A stretch of 62,715 nt of DNA, the filler included. It is 6 parts of 6 records of this genome, joined end to end, with 100 filler letters (N's around TTAATTAATTAA, not from the genome) between each part and the next. Parts side by side here need not be neighbours in the genome. Positions count along the whole stretch, not along the records: positions 40,866 to 56,403 come from DRR378314_1475; positions 56,504 to 62,715 come from DRR378314_1480; 4 more parts are not named here. One strand, written 5' to 3'. The position numbers and the translations under genes are program-made. A model generated the notes under the pieces. That model did no database searches. It saw only the letters and a program-made list of their open reading frames with translations, and was not told where the DNA came from. Every line of letters starts with the position of its first letter. Positions within the stretch are counted from its first letter, which is position 1. Below are positions 48,017-57,729 of the stretch, piece after piece.

Positions 48017-49759
48017 ATGCAAGAGCTTCAACTTCTGCGGAAGCAACTGATCTGGAGCCGTCTGATCTCGGCAATCGAAGAACAGGCGCAAACCGTGATC
48101 CGAACCGCTTTCAGTCAATCGGTGCGTGAATGTGGCGATCTGTCGGCCGGCGTCTTTAACAGGCGCGGCGATATGGTGGCGCAGGCGGTAACCGGCACGC
48201 CCGGCCATGTGAACGCCATGGCGATCTGCATCAAGCATTTCATCGAGAAATTCCCAGTAGATGAGATGATGCCCGGTGATGTCTATTGCACCAACGATCC
48301 TTGGCTCTCGGTCGGGCATTATCACGACGTAACTGTTGTGACTCCTGCCTTTCACAAGGGGCGCATGGTGGGGCTATTGGCCAACACCTGCCACATCGTC
48401 GATATGGGCGGCCGTGGATTTGGCCCCGACAGTCGACAAGTGTATGAAGAAGGCATCAACATCCCCATCATGCATCTCGCCCGCGAAGGCGTGGTGAATG
48501 AAGACCTGATGGGTCTTTTGCGCACAAATGTCCGCAATGCGCGGGACATGGAGGGCGATTTCTACGCCATGATGACCTGCAACGACGAAGGTGCGCGGCG
48601 GCTTGTCTCGATCCTCGAAGAATTTGGTCTGGACGATATCGAGGAGGTGGGCGACTACATCATCGAGCAATCCCGCGATTCAATCCGCAATGCGATCCGC
48701 GATTTGCCCGATGGGGTCTATGAAAATGAGACGGAGCTTGATGGTTTTTCCGATCCGATCCGATTGAAGGCAAAGATGACAATTGTCGGCGACGCCTTGA
48801 CCATCGACTATGACGGTACGTCTGAGGCGAGCCTTTTTGGCATCAATGTCGTGATGAATTTCTGCATTGCCTACACTGTCTTTGGCGTCAATTGCATCGT
48901 CGGTCCGGAAGTGCCCTGTAACGCGGGGTCGATCAATGTGGCGAATGTGAAAGCGCCCCTGGGCTCAATACTGAATGTCGAGCGGCCCATGCCGGTTTCT
49001 GCCCGTCATGTGATTGGGCAGATGCTGCCGGATCTTGTGTTCGGCTGTCTGGCGCAGGCCGCGCCAGACCGGGTACCAGCCGAAGGTGCAGGTGCAATGT
49101 GGAACCCGATGTTCCGAGGCGGCAAGACCGCTGTTGACCCGGAAGTTGCAGAAAATTCCCCGACCCTTACCCGTGACTTCGACGTCATTACCTTCAACAC
49201 GGGCGGCACAGGCGGGCGGCCAACCCTGGACGGTATGTCCACCACCGCCTTCCCCTCAGGCGTGCGCACGCCCCCCGTCGAGGCGATTGAGGCGGATTAT
49301 CCGCTGATTATCTGGCGCAAAGAGTTCCGTGAAGGTTCAGGCGGCGCTGGAGAGTATCGCGGCGGGCTGGGGCAGGTGCTGGAATTCGGCTGCGAGGATG
49401 GCGCGCCTTTCAGCATCGCGGCGATGTTTGACCGGACTTGGCAAGCACCCAAGGGCCGACACGGGGGGCTGGATGGGGCTGTTGGCGTCGTGAAAACCGA
49501 TGCCGGAACAGCGCTGAAAAGCAAGGGGCGACAAACGGTACCCTATGGTCAAAAGCTGGTGCTGGAAATGCCCGGTGGGGGTGGTTATGGCAGCCCCACG
49601 GCTCGCGACCCTGAACTGGTGCGGCAGGATGTGCTCGATCAGCTGATCACGGTGGATGCCGCTGCCGCGGAATATGGCGTGGTGCTGACCTCAGATATGC
49701 GCGTCGATATCGGCGCCACACAGGCGCAACGCTCAACGATGAAAAGTGCGGCTGAATGA
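48017..49759 (+). CDS. Hydantoinase B / 5-oxoprolinase subunit
   Basis: RTAFS..VRE.GD, NDPW..GH..D, H..DMGG, EEG, GSGGAGEYRGGLG and PGGGGYG motifs. Confidence 0.95.
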   Translation: MQELQLLRKQLIWSRLISAIEEQAQTVIRTAFSQSVRECGDLSAGVFNRRGDMVAQAVTGTPGHVNAMAICIKHFIEKFPVDEMMPGDVYCTNDPWLSVGHYHDVTVVTPAFHKGRMVGLLANTCHIVDMGGRGFGPDSRQVYEEGINIPIMHLAREGVVNEDLMGLLRTNVRNARDMEGDFYAMMTCNDEGARRLVSILEEFGLDDIEEVGDYIIEQSRDSIRNAIRDLPDGVYENETELDGFSDPIRLKAKMTIVGDALTIDYDGTSEASLFGINVVMNFCIAYTVFGVNCIVGPEVPCNAGSINVANVKAPLGSILNVERPMPVSARHVIGQMLPDLVFGCLAQAAPDRVPAEGAGAMWNPMFRGGKTAVDPEVAENSPTLTRDFDVITFNTGGTGGRPTLDGMSTTAFPSGVRTPPVEAIEADYPLIIWRKEFREGSGGAGEYRGGLGQVLEFGCEDGAPFSIAAMFDRTWQAPKGRHGGLDGAVGVVKTDAGTALKSKGRQTVPYGQKLVLEMPGGGGYGSPTARDPELVRQDVLDQLITVDAAAAEYGVVLTSDMRVDIGATQAQRSTMKSAAE

Positions 49760-50457
49760 CTTTACCATTCCTCTACCTCGACAATTGGCACGAATCGCAG
49801 CCCAAGACACGCTTTGACCGCGCGCTGGAGGAAAGCGGGTTGACCGTTGAGACCTATGAGACAAACAAAGGCGAATTCCCGGAAGGTCGCGCGTATTCCG
49901 GCGTCTATGTCAGCCCCAGTTTTGACGGCGCCTATGATGATCTGCCGTGGATCCATCGTCTGCATGAACTGCTGCCAGAGCTCGCCGCGCGGAAAATTCC
50001 GATGATCGGTCTCTGCTTTGGCACACAGGTGCTGGCCTCCGCGCTTTTGGGTCGGGATGCTGTATTCAAACGCGCGACCCATGAGGGTGGCTGCGGCGCA
50101 ATCAGCCTGACCGATGCAGCAAAAGACGACCCGCTTTGCATGGATCTGCCTGAAAGCTTTGAAGTTTATCACTGGCATGGCGATGAAGTCGTGGCCGAAT
50201 GCGACGGTATCATTACGCTGGCCACCGGGCCGGGATGCGCCAACCACCTTTGGCGTTGGGCGCATGGTCCCGTCTGGGGGGTGCAGCCGCATCCCGAAAT
50301 GAATGCCGAGGACCTCAGCGCCTGGATCGAACAGAACCGTACAAGGTTCACCGCCAAAGGGCACGATGTAGACGGTTATCTATCGCAGTGCTTCACCTCT
50401 GATCCGGGCTTTTCCATTCTGACCCGTTTTTTAACCCTCGTCGCCACGCGGTCCTGA
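49756..50457 (+). CDS. Stand-alone class I glutamine amidotransferase-like hydrolase
   Basis: GLCFGTQ (Cys), WHGDEV and QPHPE (His-Pro-Glu) give an intact triad. ATGA overlap with the upstream gene. Confidence 0.9.
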   Translation: MTLPFLYLDNWHESQPKTRFDRALEESGLTVETYETNKGEFPEGRAYSGVYVSPSFDGAYDDLPWIHRLHELLPELAARKIPMIGLCFGTQVLASALLGRDAVFKRATHEGGCGAISLTDAAKDDPLCMDLPESFEVYHWHGDEVVAECDGIITLATGPGCANHLWRWAHGPVWGVQPHPEMNAEDLSAWIEQNRTRFTAKGHDVDGYLSQCFTSDPGFSILTRFLTLVATRS

Positions 50458-50467
50458 CAAGAGAGCT

Positions 50468-51727
50468 ATGATGATCCAAGACAGCCCTGACCTGATCGCT
50501 GCCATTCGCGACCGGTTCGCCCATGTCGACAAGTGCCCCTTCCAGGGAGAGCGCATTTTTTTCGAGAATGCCGGTGGTGCGCTGACGCTGAAATCGGTGG
50601 TGGAAACCTCGGGATTTTTTGCTGGGATCCCCGACAATCCCGGGCGCATCAATCCTGCGGGACAGGGCACTCAGGATGTGATCACCAAGGCCAAAGCTGA
50701 TCTTGCCATCTTCATGAACGCGTCCTCTGGTCAATTCTTCGCGGGCGAAAGCGGAACCGAGCTGTTGTTCCGCATGATCCGCACCGCCTGCGTGAACGCA
50801 CCGAAGGGCGCGAAGGTCATTGGGACATCAATCGAACACCCGGCCTCACGCAGCGCTGCGCGCCGGTGGGCCCAGATCGCTGGACTTGAATATGTGAACG
50901 TACCCCATGACGCCGTATTGGGGCTTGTGACGGCAGAGGATTACACCGCGCTAATGACGCCGGATGTGGCCGTGGCGACGATCCTACACGCCTCACCGGT
51001 GACCGGGATGGGAATGGATGTGGCGGCCATTTCAGCGGCAATCCGGGCAGTGTCGCCGGATTGCATAATCATTGTCGATGGCATCCAGCACGCTGCGCAT
51101 GGGCAGCTTGATTTGGACGCCTACAATGTTGATGGCTACGCGATCTCACCCTACAAGGTCTTCTCGCGCCACGGATACGGCATCGCATGGATATCTGACA
51201 AGCTAAGCGCAGTGCCTCATGACATGTTGATTGATGCGCCTGTAACAGGGTGGGAATTCGGTACGCGCGATGCTGGGTCATACGCGACGGTGTCTGATGT
51301 TGTGGCCTATTTCGACTGGCTTGGCGGCGAAGTCTCCAATGAAACTGACCGGCGCAAGCGGATCAAGGCAGCGGGCCGCGCGATCCACGCCTATGAAACG
51401 TATCTGACCGAAGCGATGATCAACGGCGTCGGCAATTTGAAGGGGCTACGCGATCTGGACGGCGTGACTATCCTGGGCGGCCCGGACAATCCGGCGCGCG
51501 AGGGGCTGGTCTCGATCGCCATTGATAGGAAACCGTCCGAAGAGGTGGTTGCAGACTTGAATGCCCAAGGTATCCGAACACATACAAGGAAAGCCGATCA
51601 CTATAGCGGCAATGTACTTGTCCCACTTGGTCTGTCGGACTGTATCCGCATCTCGCTTTGTCACTACAACTCCGAGCGGGAAGTAGCTGACCTGCTGACG
51701 GCTCTTGCTGAAGTCAAGATGGATTGA
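50468..51727 (+). CDS. Class V PLP-dependent enzyme (cysteine desulfurase-like, lacking the catalytic Cys)
   Basis: FFENAGG, EHPA, VDGIQH, SPYK (PLP Lys) and RISLCHYN. HTRKADHYS stands where SufS has RxGHHCA. Confidence 0.88.
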   Translation: MMIQDSPDLIAAIRDRFAHVDKCPFQGERIFFENAGGALTLKSVVETSGFFAGIPDNPGRINPAGQGTQDVITKAKADLAIFMNASSGQFFAGESGTELLFRMIRTACVNAPKGAKVIGTSIEHPASRSAARRWAQIAGLEYVNVPHDAVLGLVTAEDYTALMTPDVAVATILHASPVTGMGMDVAAISAAIRAVSPDCIIIVDGIQHAAHGQLDLDAYNVDGYAISPYKVFSRHGYGIAWISDKLSAVPHDMLIDAPVTGWEFGTRDAGSYATVSDVVAYFDWLGGEVSNETDRRKRIKAAGRAIHAYETYLTEAMINGVGNLKGLRDLDGVTILGGPDNPAREGLVSIAIDRKPSEEVVADLNAQGIRTHTRKADHYSGNVLVPLGLSDCIRISLCHYNSEREVADLLTALAEVKMD

Positions 51728-52035
51728 TCATCGGTTGCGTGTCCAAAAATCTGCAAATGAGCTAAAGAATTTTCAGGAATTTCAAAAGCGTGGCGGACGC
51801 AGCCATATACCTGAGAACAACCAGCCGAGATCCAAGAGACCTGTTGCCCCGCCCACGACTTTTCTATTCAGCGGGAATAGCGCGCCGCACATAGTGTGCA
51901 TGGCTGCGCTTGGTCCCGCCCAACAGTAATCACCTATGAGCATTGTCCACAATTATCGCGCTATACCCTCGCACGGCGGGAAACTCACGGACAATGTTGA
52001 TTGATGCCGAAACTTGAGCGAACGTCGACTTAAAT

Positions 52036-53052
52036 TCAATTCAACAAACCCGCTTCGGCGCGTGTTTCAGAAGGCAACTGGCCGAAATGTGATTGGTACA
52101 GTTTCGTAAACTGGCTCCAACCCCAGAACCCGTGACGTGCAGCAATATCCCCAATCGAAGCTCTGAATTGCGATGGATCCCCCAGCGCACGCCTTGCCAT
52201 ATGCAGACGCAACAGTCGGTGATAGCTCAACGGGCCTAGTGCGACGTGTGAGGCGAACGAATTCTGAAGTGCCCGGCGCCCGCCCCCGGTTTCCGCAAGC
52301 AGATCGTCCACTCCGTGAATTGTATCCCAGTTTTTATGAATCGCGTTTCGACCCTTTAGGAATTTTTCATAGGACACCGAACCGATCGTGCCCGAAAGAG
52401 TGGTTCCGTGCCCCGAAATCTCAAGTGACAGTTTGGAAACAAGCCCTGCAAGCAGAGCGTCCCCGATATAAGCGGCGGATGCATGCCCCGTTTCTACAAA
52501 GCTCGCGCCTTGAATGGCCTGAACCACATCTTCCCGAATGCGACGTGCAAGTTGCGGGGCGTTCAGAAGCTGTGCGCCAAATTCAGGTGCAAATAGCCAG
52601 TCGTTCGCCAGTGCAGACAACCCCGAATGGCCTTGCAGATGATCCTTTTGAACAATGATCGCAATGACTGCACCTTCGATGGGACTATGCAAATGAAAGG
52701 TGGAACCTGGCATCGCGATCATGACATTGCCGGAAGTGAACGAACCACCATTCAGGCAAAAGGGTTCGTCCGCATTTGCCAAAACGCCAACGGTCACAGC
52801 GTCCGAAGGCCCTGTCACGGATTGTTCGAGCGCCTGCGTACAATGCTCCAAATGAATAGAGACCTTGTCGCTCAGAAAACAGGACAGAAAGCGCCCGACA
52901 AAAGGTCCGGGTGTCAATTGCAGATAGCTCTGATCAAAGCCGACCAGCCGTTCGGCCTGTTCGTCAAAATCATGGTACTGCGCGTCAAGTATGACGCCCG
53001 GATTTGCACTTAACAAGTAATTTGGGATGCAAGCGTTTGATAGTATGCGCAC
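52036..53052 (-). CDS. AraC-family regulator, EutR-like
   Basis: DFDEQA...QSYLQLTPGPF N-terminus; HTH with RALQNSF, IGDIAARHGFW and FGQLPSET. Confidence 0.88.
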   Translation of the reverse strand: MRILSNACIPNYLLSANPGVILDAQYHDFDEQAERLVGFDQSYLQLTPGPFVGRFLSCFLSDKVSIHLEHCTQALEQSVTGPSDAVTVGVLANADEPFCLNGGSFTSGNVMIAMPGSTFHLHSPIEGAVIAIIVQKDHLQGHSGLSALANDWLFAPEFGAQLLNAPQLARRIREDVVQAIQGASFVETGHASAAYIGDALLAGLVSKLSLEISGHGTTLSGTIGSVSYEKFLKGRNAIHKNWDTIHGVDDLLAETGGGRRALQNSFASHVALGPLSYHRLLRLHMARRALGDPSQFRASIGDIAARHGFWGWSQFTKLYQSHFGQLPSETRAEAGLLN

Positions 53053-53174
53053 TTTTACAATCCTCCGGGATCCGAAGCCTGCGCAGGCGTGATAACGGTT
53101 CCTGTCGCGTCCTTGTAAACTAACAGAGCATGCAGCGGCTTAGAAGCTGCCGGGACAATAACAGGGAGAGACAG

Positions 53175-54020
53175 ATGTTCAAAATCTTGACGACGATCGC
53201 CACGATAGGCTTTGCATCCAGCGCTTTTGCCGAAGACGCGTGGATGTCCATTCCGGTGCCACCCGCCATGCCAGACGCGGCAGAGGCAGGACAGGCCGAT
53301 GTGAATGGCATCTCAATGTACTATGCGACTTACGGAAACGCAGATGGTACACCGATCCTGTTGATCCATGGGGGCTTGGCGCACGCCGATATCTGGGCCG
53401 GCCAGGTTGCCGATCTGTCGACGGATTACCGCGTCATCGTGGCAGACACGCGAGGGCATGGGCGATCTACAAACGATGGCAGCGCCTATAGCATCGAGCT
53501 CTTGGCGACCGACTATCTTTCGTTGCTGGACTCCCTCAACGTAGAAGAAATTCACCTGGTGGGTTGGTCGGATGGTGCCAATATCGGGTATGAGATATCG
53601 AAGACCGCGCCTGATCGGTTGGCCAGCCATTTTGGACATGCCGGGAACGTGACCCTCGCGGGTGTCGACCCGGCGGTTGAGACAAATGAGGTTTTCGGCG
53701 GATATGTAGGAATGATGGCGGGGGATTACGCCAAGATGTCTCCGACACCGGACGGGTTCGAAGCCTTCGTCGGCGGCATTTCAGAGATGTGGTTTTCGGA
53801 CAAGGCGGACGGATTGAAGCTGATCGAAACGATCACTGTGCCGACACTCGTTGTGCAAAGCGAGTATGACGAGGCGATTTTGGCAGAGCATTCTGCAGCG
53901 ATAGCCGAGGCTATTCCCGGAGCAACACTCCTAACTTTGGAAGATGTGAGCCATTTCGCCATGTTCCAAAATCCAGCAACCTACACGGCCGCCATTCGAG
54001 ACTGGCTGAACGCACAATAG
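53175..54020 (+). CDS. Secreted alpha/beta hydrolase
   Basis: Signal peptide (ASSAFA), HGG, DTRGHGRS, GWSDGA, YDEAI and SHFA. RBS GGGAG precedes ATG 53175. Confidence 0.9.
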   Translation: MFKILTTIATIGFASSAFAEDAWMSIPVPPAMPDAAEAGQADVNGISMYYATYGNADGTPILLIHGGLAHADIWAGQVADLSTDYRVIVADTRGHGRSTNDGSAYSIELLATDYLSLLDSLNVEEIHLVGWSDGANIGYEISKTAPDRLASHFGHAGNVTLAGVDPAVETNEVFGGYVGMMAGDYAKMSPTPDGFEAFVGGISEMWFSDKADGLKLIETITVPTLVVQSEYDEAILAEHSAAIAEAIPGATLLTLEDVSHFAMFQNPATYTAAIRDWLNAQ

Positions 54021-54032
54021 GCTTGGACCGTG

Positions 54033-54053
54033 CGGGCACCACATAGGTGCCCG
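54033..54053 (+). terminator. GC-rich hairpin after the hydrolase (no U-tract)
   Basis: CGGGCACC-ACATA-GGTGCCCG, a perfect 8-bp stem 12 nt after the stop. Confidence 0.4.
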
Positions 54054-54337
54054 GCTCAACCCCCCCGCAAGCCGGGTTTGGTGCAGATGCAGCGAATGAG
54101 AAACAAGCTACGTTCTTCGATGGCTGGTCCCGGCAATAGCGAAAGAGCGGTTTGGAGTTCACGCCTGAGGCTGCAACGCAGCTTTGAGCGTGCCGCACTG
54201 CAAGCGGATGCTGCGCCAGCAAACGCCAGGAACGGCAACGCTGTCCCGCAGATTGTGAGTTCGATGGTCTCCAGATTTTGCCCTCGCAGCGAATGGCAGC
54301 AAATTGTCTGGTGGGTCCACGACTGGAAGATACGCAA

Positions 54338-54391
54338 GTTATCGTCAGCTACGACAAGCGCCGCTACAAACACCGCAACCGCGTCGAGGTT
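54338..54391 (+). mobile_element. IS5-family transposase remnant
   Basis: YDKRRYKHRNRVEV matches the IS5-family Y(2)R(3)E signature (YDKRRYKRRNRIE); the flanks are degenerate. Confidence 0.6.
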
Positions 54392-54578
54392 ATATCCTGG
54401 TTGTCGAATGGGAGCGAGTCCCGGCCCCCGGGTCAAAGGCCCGGTTTGACAACATTCGGCAAGCGTGTTTAAGACACTTTTGTGACAGTGCAATCCTGTC
54501 TGATAGGCCGCTACGAATTAACCCTATTCCTCACAAATGAATTTCTAGCGGTTGCGATAGATAACCAAGGAGTTTCAG

Positions 54579-55277
54579 GTGTTTGCTTTGCAGAAAGTGT
54601 CCGCGCGGCACATCATTATTACTGTCGCGGTCCTGAATCTGTTGATGGTTGTTATTGGCTATATTGGCCATGACAACCCGACCAAGCACTACCGGGAAGG
54701 GACGGTCGGCACCCATATTTCCATTTTACTTCTCGCTTTGATCGCGCTGGTGAATTTTCAGATTTTCCTGCGGCAGAGGCACGTCATCTGGTTGCTGATC
54801 TCGCTGGGATTTACCTTTCTCGCCTTTGATGAAGGGTACGAGATCCACGAAGGGCTGGACAAGGCGTTTCATCGCTTTTTCGGAATATCGCAAACCAGCT
54901 TGACCGACAGGATCGACGATATTCTGATCGGTATTTATGGGCTTATCGGTGCAGGCATTCTCTATCGTTGCCGTGCTGAGATTCTTCGCCATCAAGTATT
55001 GCTGCAATACCTGTTCATCGGGTTTGGGTTTTTGGCCGCTTCGGTGGTGTTCGACGCGGTCACGAATGATAACGCGCTGTTTCTTTGGATCGGTATACCA
55101 GAGGCTCAGGTTCTGGATTTCAAGTTACCGCTGCGCGCTTTGGAAGAGGTTTGCAAGCTTATGGCCGAGGCGTTCTTCCTGGCGGGATTTGTTTTGGTTT
55201 TGAGGCAGGTCAAAGAGAACAGAGAATTTGCGGCTGGAGACGCGTCGAAAACTGGTACCACACGTCCAACAGAGTAG
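54579..55277 (+). CDS. Uncharacterised multi-pass membrane protein
   Basis: About six hydrophobic helices with DEGYEIHE, SVVFD and LEEVCKL. Start uncertain (GTG 54579 or TTG 54588). Confidence 0.7.
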   Translation: MFALQKVSARHIIITVAVLNLLMVVIGYIGHDNPTKHYREGTVGTHISILLLALIALVNFQIFLRQRHVIWLLISLGFTFLAFDEGYEIHEGLDKAFHRFFGISQTSLTDRIDDILIGIYGLIGAGILYRCRAEILRHQVLLQYLFIGFGFLAASVVFDAVTNDNALFLWIGIPEAQVLDFKLPLRALEEVCKLMAEAFFLAGFVLVLRQVKENREFAAGDASKTGTTRPTE

Positions 55278-55418
55278 GTCTGCAGTCTACGGGCTAGCTG
55301 TTCCAAATCTGGATTTCATGCGGCATTGAATTTCAGAGCCACTGCAATTGTAATCTGGAATGACGCACCGTGATCTGCTGTTCTAATGTTGCATAGATAC
55401 TGACCGCAGGAAGCACAC

Positions 55419-56294
55419 ATGAAAATCGCAACCGCCGCCTATAATCTTGATTGGCTCGACAGCTGGGCGCAGTACGAAGATAAGCTTGAGGCATGGGTGT
55501 CCCGCGCGGCGGATCAAGGGGCTGATCTTCTGGTTTTTCCTGAATACGGCGCGATGGAGTTGTCGACGCTTGACGGCCCAGACGCGGCCGGTGATCTCGA
55601 GCGCTCAATCCATGCCGTTTCCGACCGAATGGAGGATGTGCAAGCCGTGCATTCGCGTCTTGCCAAAGCTCACAGCACCTACATTCTGGGGGCGTCAGCG
55701 CCGGTAATCGACGGGCAGGGCCGTCCGGTGAACCGGGCCGCCTTCTATGCCCCAGATGGGGGTCACGATCATCAGGACAAACAGATCATGACGCGGTTCG
55801 AACGCGATGTATGGGATGTTGTTTCTGGTGGTCCGTTGAAGCTGTTTGAGACGGCGTTGGGAAAAATTGGTGTTCTCATTTGTTATGATAGCGAATTCCC
55901 ACTGCTGGGTCGTGCCTTGCAGGATGCGGATCTGATCCTTGTGCCGTCCTGTACTGAAGCCCTATCAGGGTATTGGCGGGTACGGATCGGTGCAATGTCG
56001 CGCGCCCTTGAAAATCAATGTGTTACGGTGATGTCGTCGCTCGTTGGAAGCAATGATTGGTCAGAAGCAGTTGACATGAACACGGGCATGGGTGGTGTGT
56101 TCGGTCCGCCAGATATCGGCTTTCCGCCAACAGGGGTTCTTGCAGAGGGCACATTGAATGCCCCCGGCTGGACCTATTCCGAGTTTGATCTGTCAGCAAT
56201 CGCGAATGTCCGTGCGGATGGGCGTGTGCTGAACCGCACCCATTGGGCCGAGCAGGAGACACGAGTCAATTCAGTCACAATATCTGCCCTTTAG
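55419..56294 (+). CDS. Carbon-nitrogen hydrolase (nitrilase family)
   Basis: FPEY, QDKQIMTRFE and ICYDSEFP (Glu-Lys-Cys triad); RALENQ. Confidence 0.93.
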   Translation: MKIATAAYNLDWLDSWAQYEDKLEAWVSRAADQGADLLVFPEYGAMELSTLDGPDAAGDLERSIHAVSDRMEDVQAVHSRLAKAHSTYILGASAPVIDGQGRPVNRAAFYAPDGGHDHQDKQIMTRFERDVWDVVSGGPLKLFETALGKIGVLICYDSEFPLLGRALQDADLILVPSCTEALSGYWRVRIGAMSRALENQCVTVMSSLVGSNDWSEAVDMNTGMGGVFGPPDIGFPPTGVLAEGTLNAPGWTYSEFDLSAIANVRADGRVLNRTHWAEQETRVNSVTISAL

Positions 56295-56305
56295 GCGATT
56301 CCGCC

Positions 56306-56334
56306 CTTGAAATAAGGCCGGAATAGGCTCATTT
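56306..56334 (+). promoter_or_regulatory. Candidate RpoH/RpoD-type promoter for infA
   Basis: CTTGAA-N16-CTCATTT about 50 nt upstream of the infA ATG. Confidence 0.3.
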
Positions 56335-56384
56335 AAGCGCACGAACTGCAGATTCTGCAGGTGCAACCTAATGATGGAGACAAC

Positions 56385-56403
56385 ATGGCCAAGGAAGATA
56401 CGC
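56385..56403 (+). CDS. infA: Translation initiation factor IF-1, first codons
   Basis: GGAG RBS, then MAKEDT; cut by the contig end. Confidence 0.7.
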
Positions 56404-56503
56404 NNNNNNNNNNNNNNNNNNNNNNNNNNNNNNNNNNNNNNNNNNNNTTAATTAATTAANNNNNNNNNNNNNNNNNNNNNNNNNNNNNNNNNNNNNNNNN
56501 NNN
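56404..56503. other. Artificial contig spacer
   Basis: Same linker. Confidence 0.98.
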
Positions 56504-56785
56504 ATTAAAGCGCGTGAAGGCCACGCGCTTTTGGGGTTTTACATAGTCTTTGAGCACAACAACCGAAGGTATTCGGATCTCGGTACTCGGACTGCGCACG
56601 ACCTCGTCATACTCGGCCACGATGGCGACCCGATCCAGCCAGGCGGCTTTCACGGCATCCTGCCACGGCCAGAGTGACAGAGGATAGTATGACAAAGGAC
56701 GATAATCCGCATTGAGCACCAACGCCGGATGCTGCTTCAGAGCGCCTGGCTCCCTTACGAATTCTGTCCTGAAGTCTCCGTCCAT
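56504..56785 (-). CDS. HNH endonuclease (alphaproteobacterial type), N-terminal part
   Basis: [26 protein letters not shown]...[12 protein letters not shown]...FTRFN. The HNH motif itself lies beyond the contig end. Confidence 0.85.
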
Positions 56786-57043
56786 CAACGTCTTCCTCGC
56801 CCTGCTTGCCTCGATACGGCACCAGAGCGGGGAACCCGCCCCAGCATATGTTTGACTATATATCGTGGCGGGGACCTGACAAGCCCCAACGATACACCAG
56901 ATATCGCGTGGAATAAGATGATTCCGTTACAGGTGCGTGACAGTTATCCACAACCCGAAAATCAGTCATTCCGCAAAACGGCAACTACCGGGCGCGGCAC
57001 CGCGTGCTTGCGCGGCTCTGCTGTGCGGCGTAGGACCAAGCCC

Positions 57044-57727
57044 ATGACCCGATTGATCCGCTTCAACAAGCCCTTTGATGTTCTGCCGCAATTCACCGAT
57101 CGCGGCACTGAAGGCGCCGCCCGCCCGACGCTAAGCACCTATATAGAGTGTCCCGGTGTCTATCCCGCGGGACGACTGGATCGCGACAGCGAGGGGTTGA
57201 TGTTGCTGACCGACACAGGTCGGCTGCAGGCTTGGATCAGCGATCCCAAGCACAAAATGGAGAAGACCTATTGGGTTCAGGTCGAAGGGCAACCGTCGGA
57301 CGACGACATCAAGTGCCTCCGCCAAGGTGTTGAACTAAAGGATGGAATGACCCTCCCTGCCAAAGCGCGTCTGATGAGCGAACCGCCGGGGCTCTGGGCC
57401 CGTACCCCGCCGATCCGGGAACGCAAATCCGTGCCCACCTCCTGGCTGGAGTTGAAGATCACCGAGGGCAAGAACCGACAAGTCCGCCGCATGACCGCAG
57501 CTGTCGGATACCCGACCTTGCGGCTGATCCGCTATGCGATAGGCGCCTGGACCCTGGACGGGCTGGCGCAGGGCACATGGGATGACCTGGATCCGCCTCG
57601 CGTTCCGGGCCCGCCAAAGCCCTCGCAAAAACCACCGCGCCGTAAGCCAGAGCCGCGAGATACAGAAAACGGCGCTTCAAGGCCTCCCTCAAAGCGCCGC
57701 AAACCACGTTCAAAATCAACGCGCTAG
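57044..57727 (+). CDS. rluE: rRNA pseudouridine synthase, RsuA family (RluE-like)
   Basis: [28 protein letters not shown] and [15 protein letters not shown] motifs; ATG 57044. Confidence 0.9.
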   Translation: MTRLIRFNKPFDVLPQFTDRGTEGAARPTLSTYIECPGVYPAGRLDRDSEGLMLLTDTGRLQAWISDPKHKMEKTYWVQVEGQPSDDDIKCLRQGVELKDGMTLPAKARLMSEPPGLWARTPPIRERKSVPTSWLELKITEGKNRQVRRMTAAVGYPTLRLIRYAIGAWTLDGLAQGTWDDLDPPRVPGPPKPSQKPPRRKPEPRDTENGASRPPSKRRKPRSKSTR

Positions 57728-57729
57728 GG

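Noticed and set aside
56504-56785. HNH gene as a defence or mobile element
   Set aside because: Resembles the conserved alphaproteobacterial HNH found among housekeeping genes; truncated, with no supporting context.
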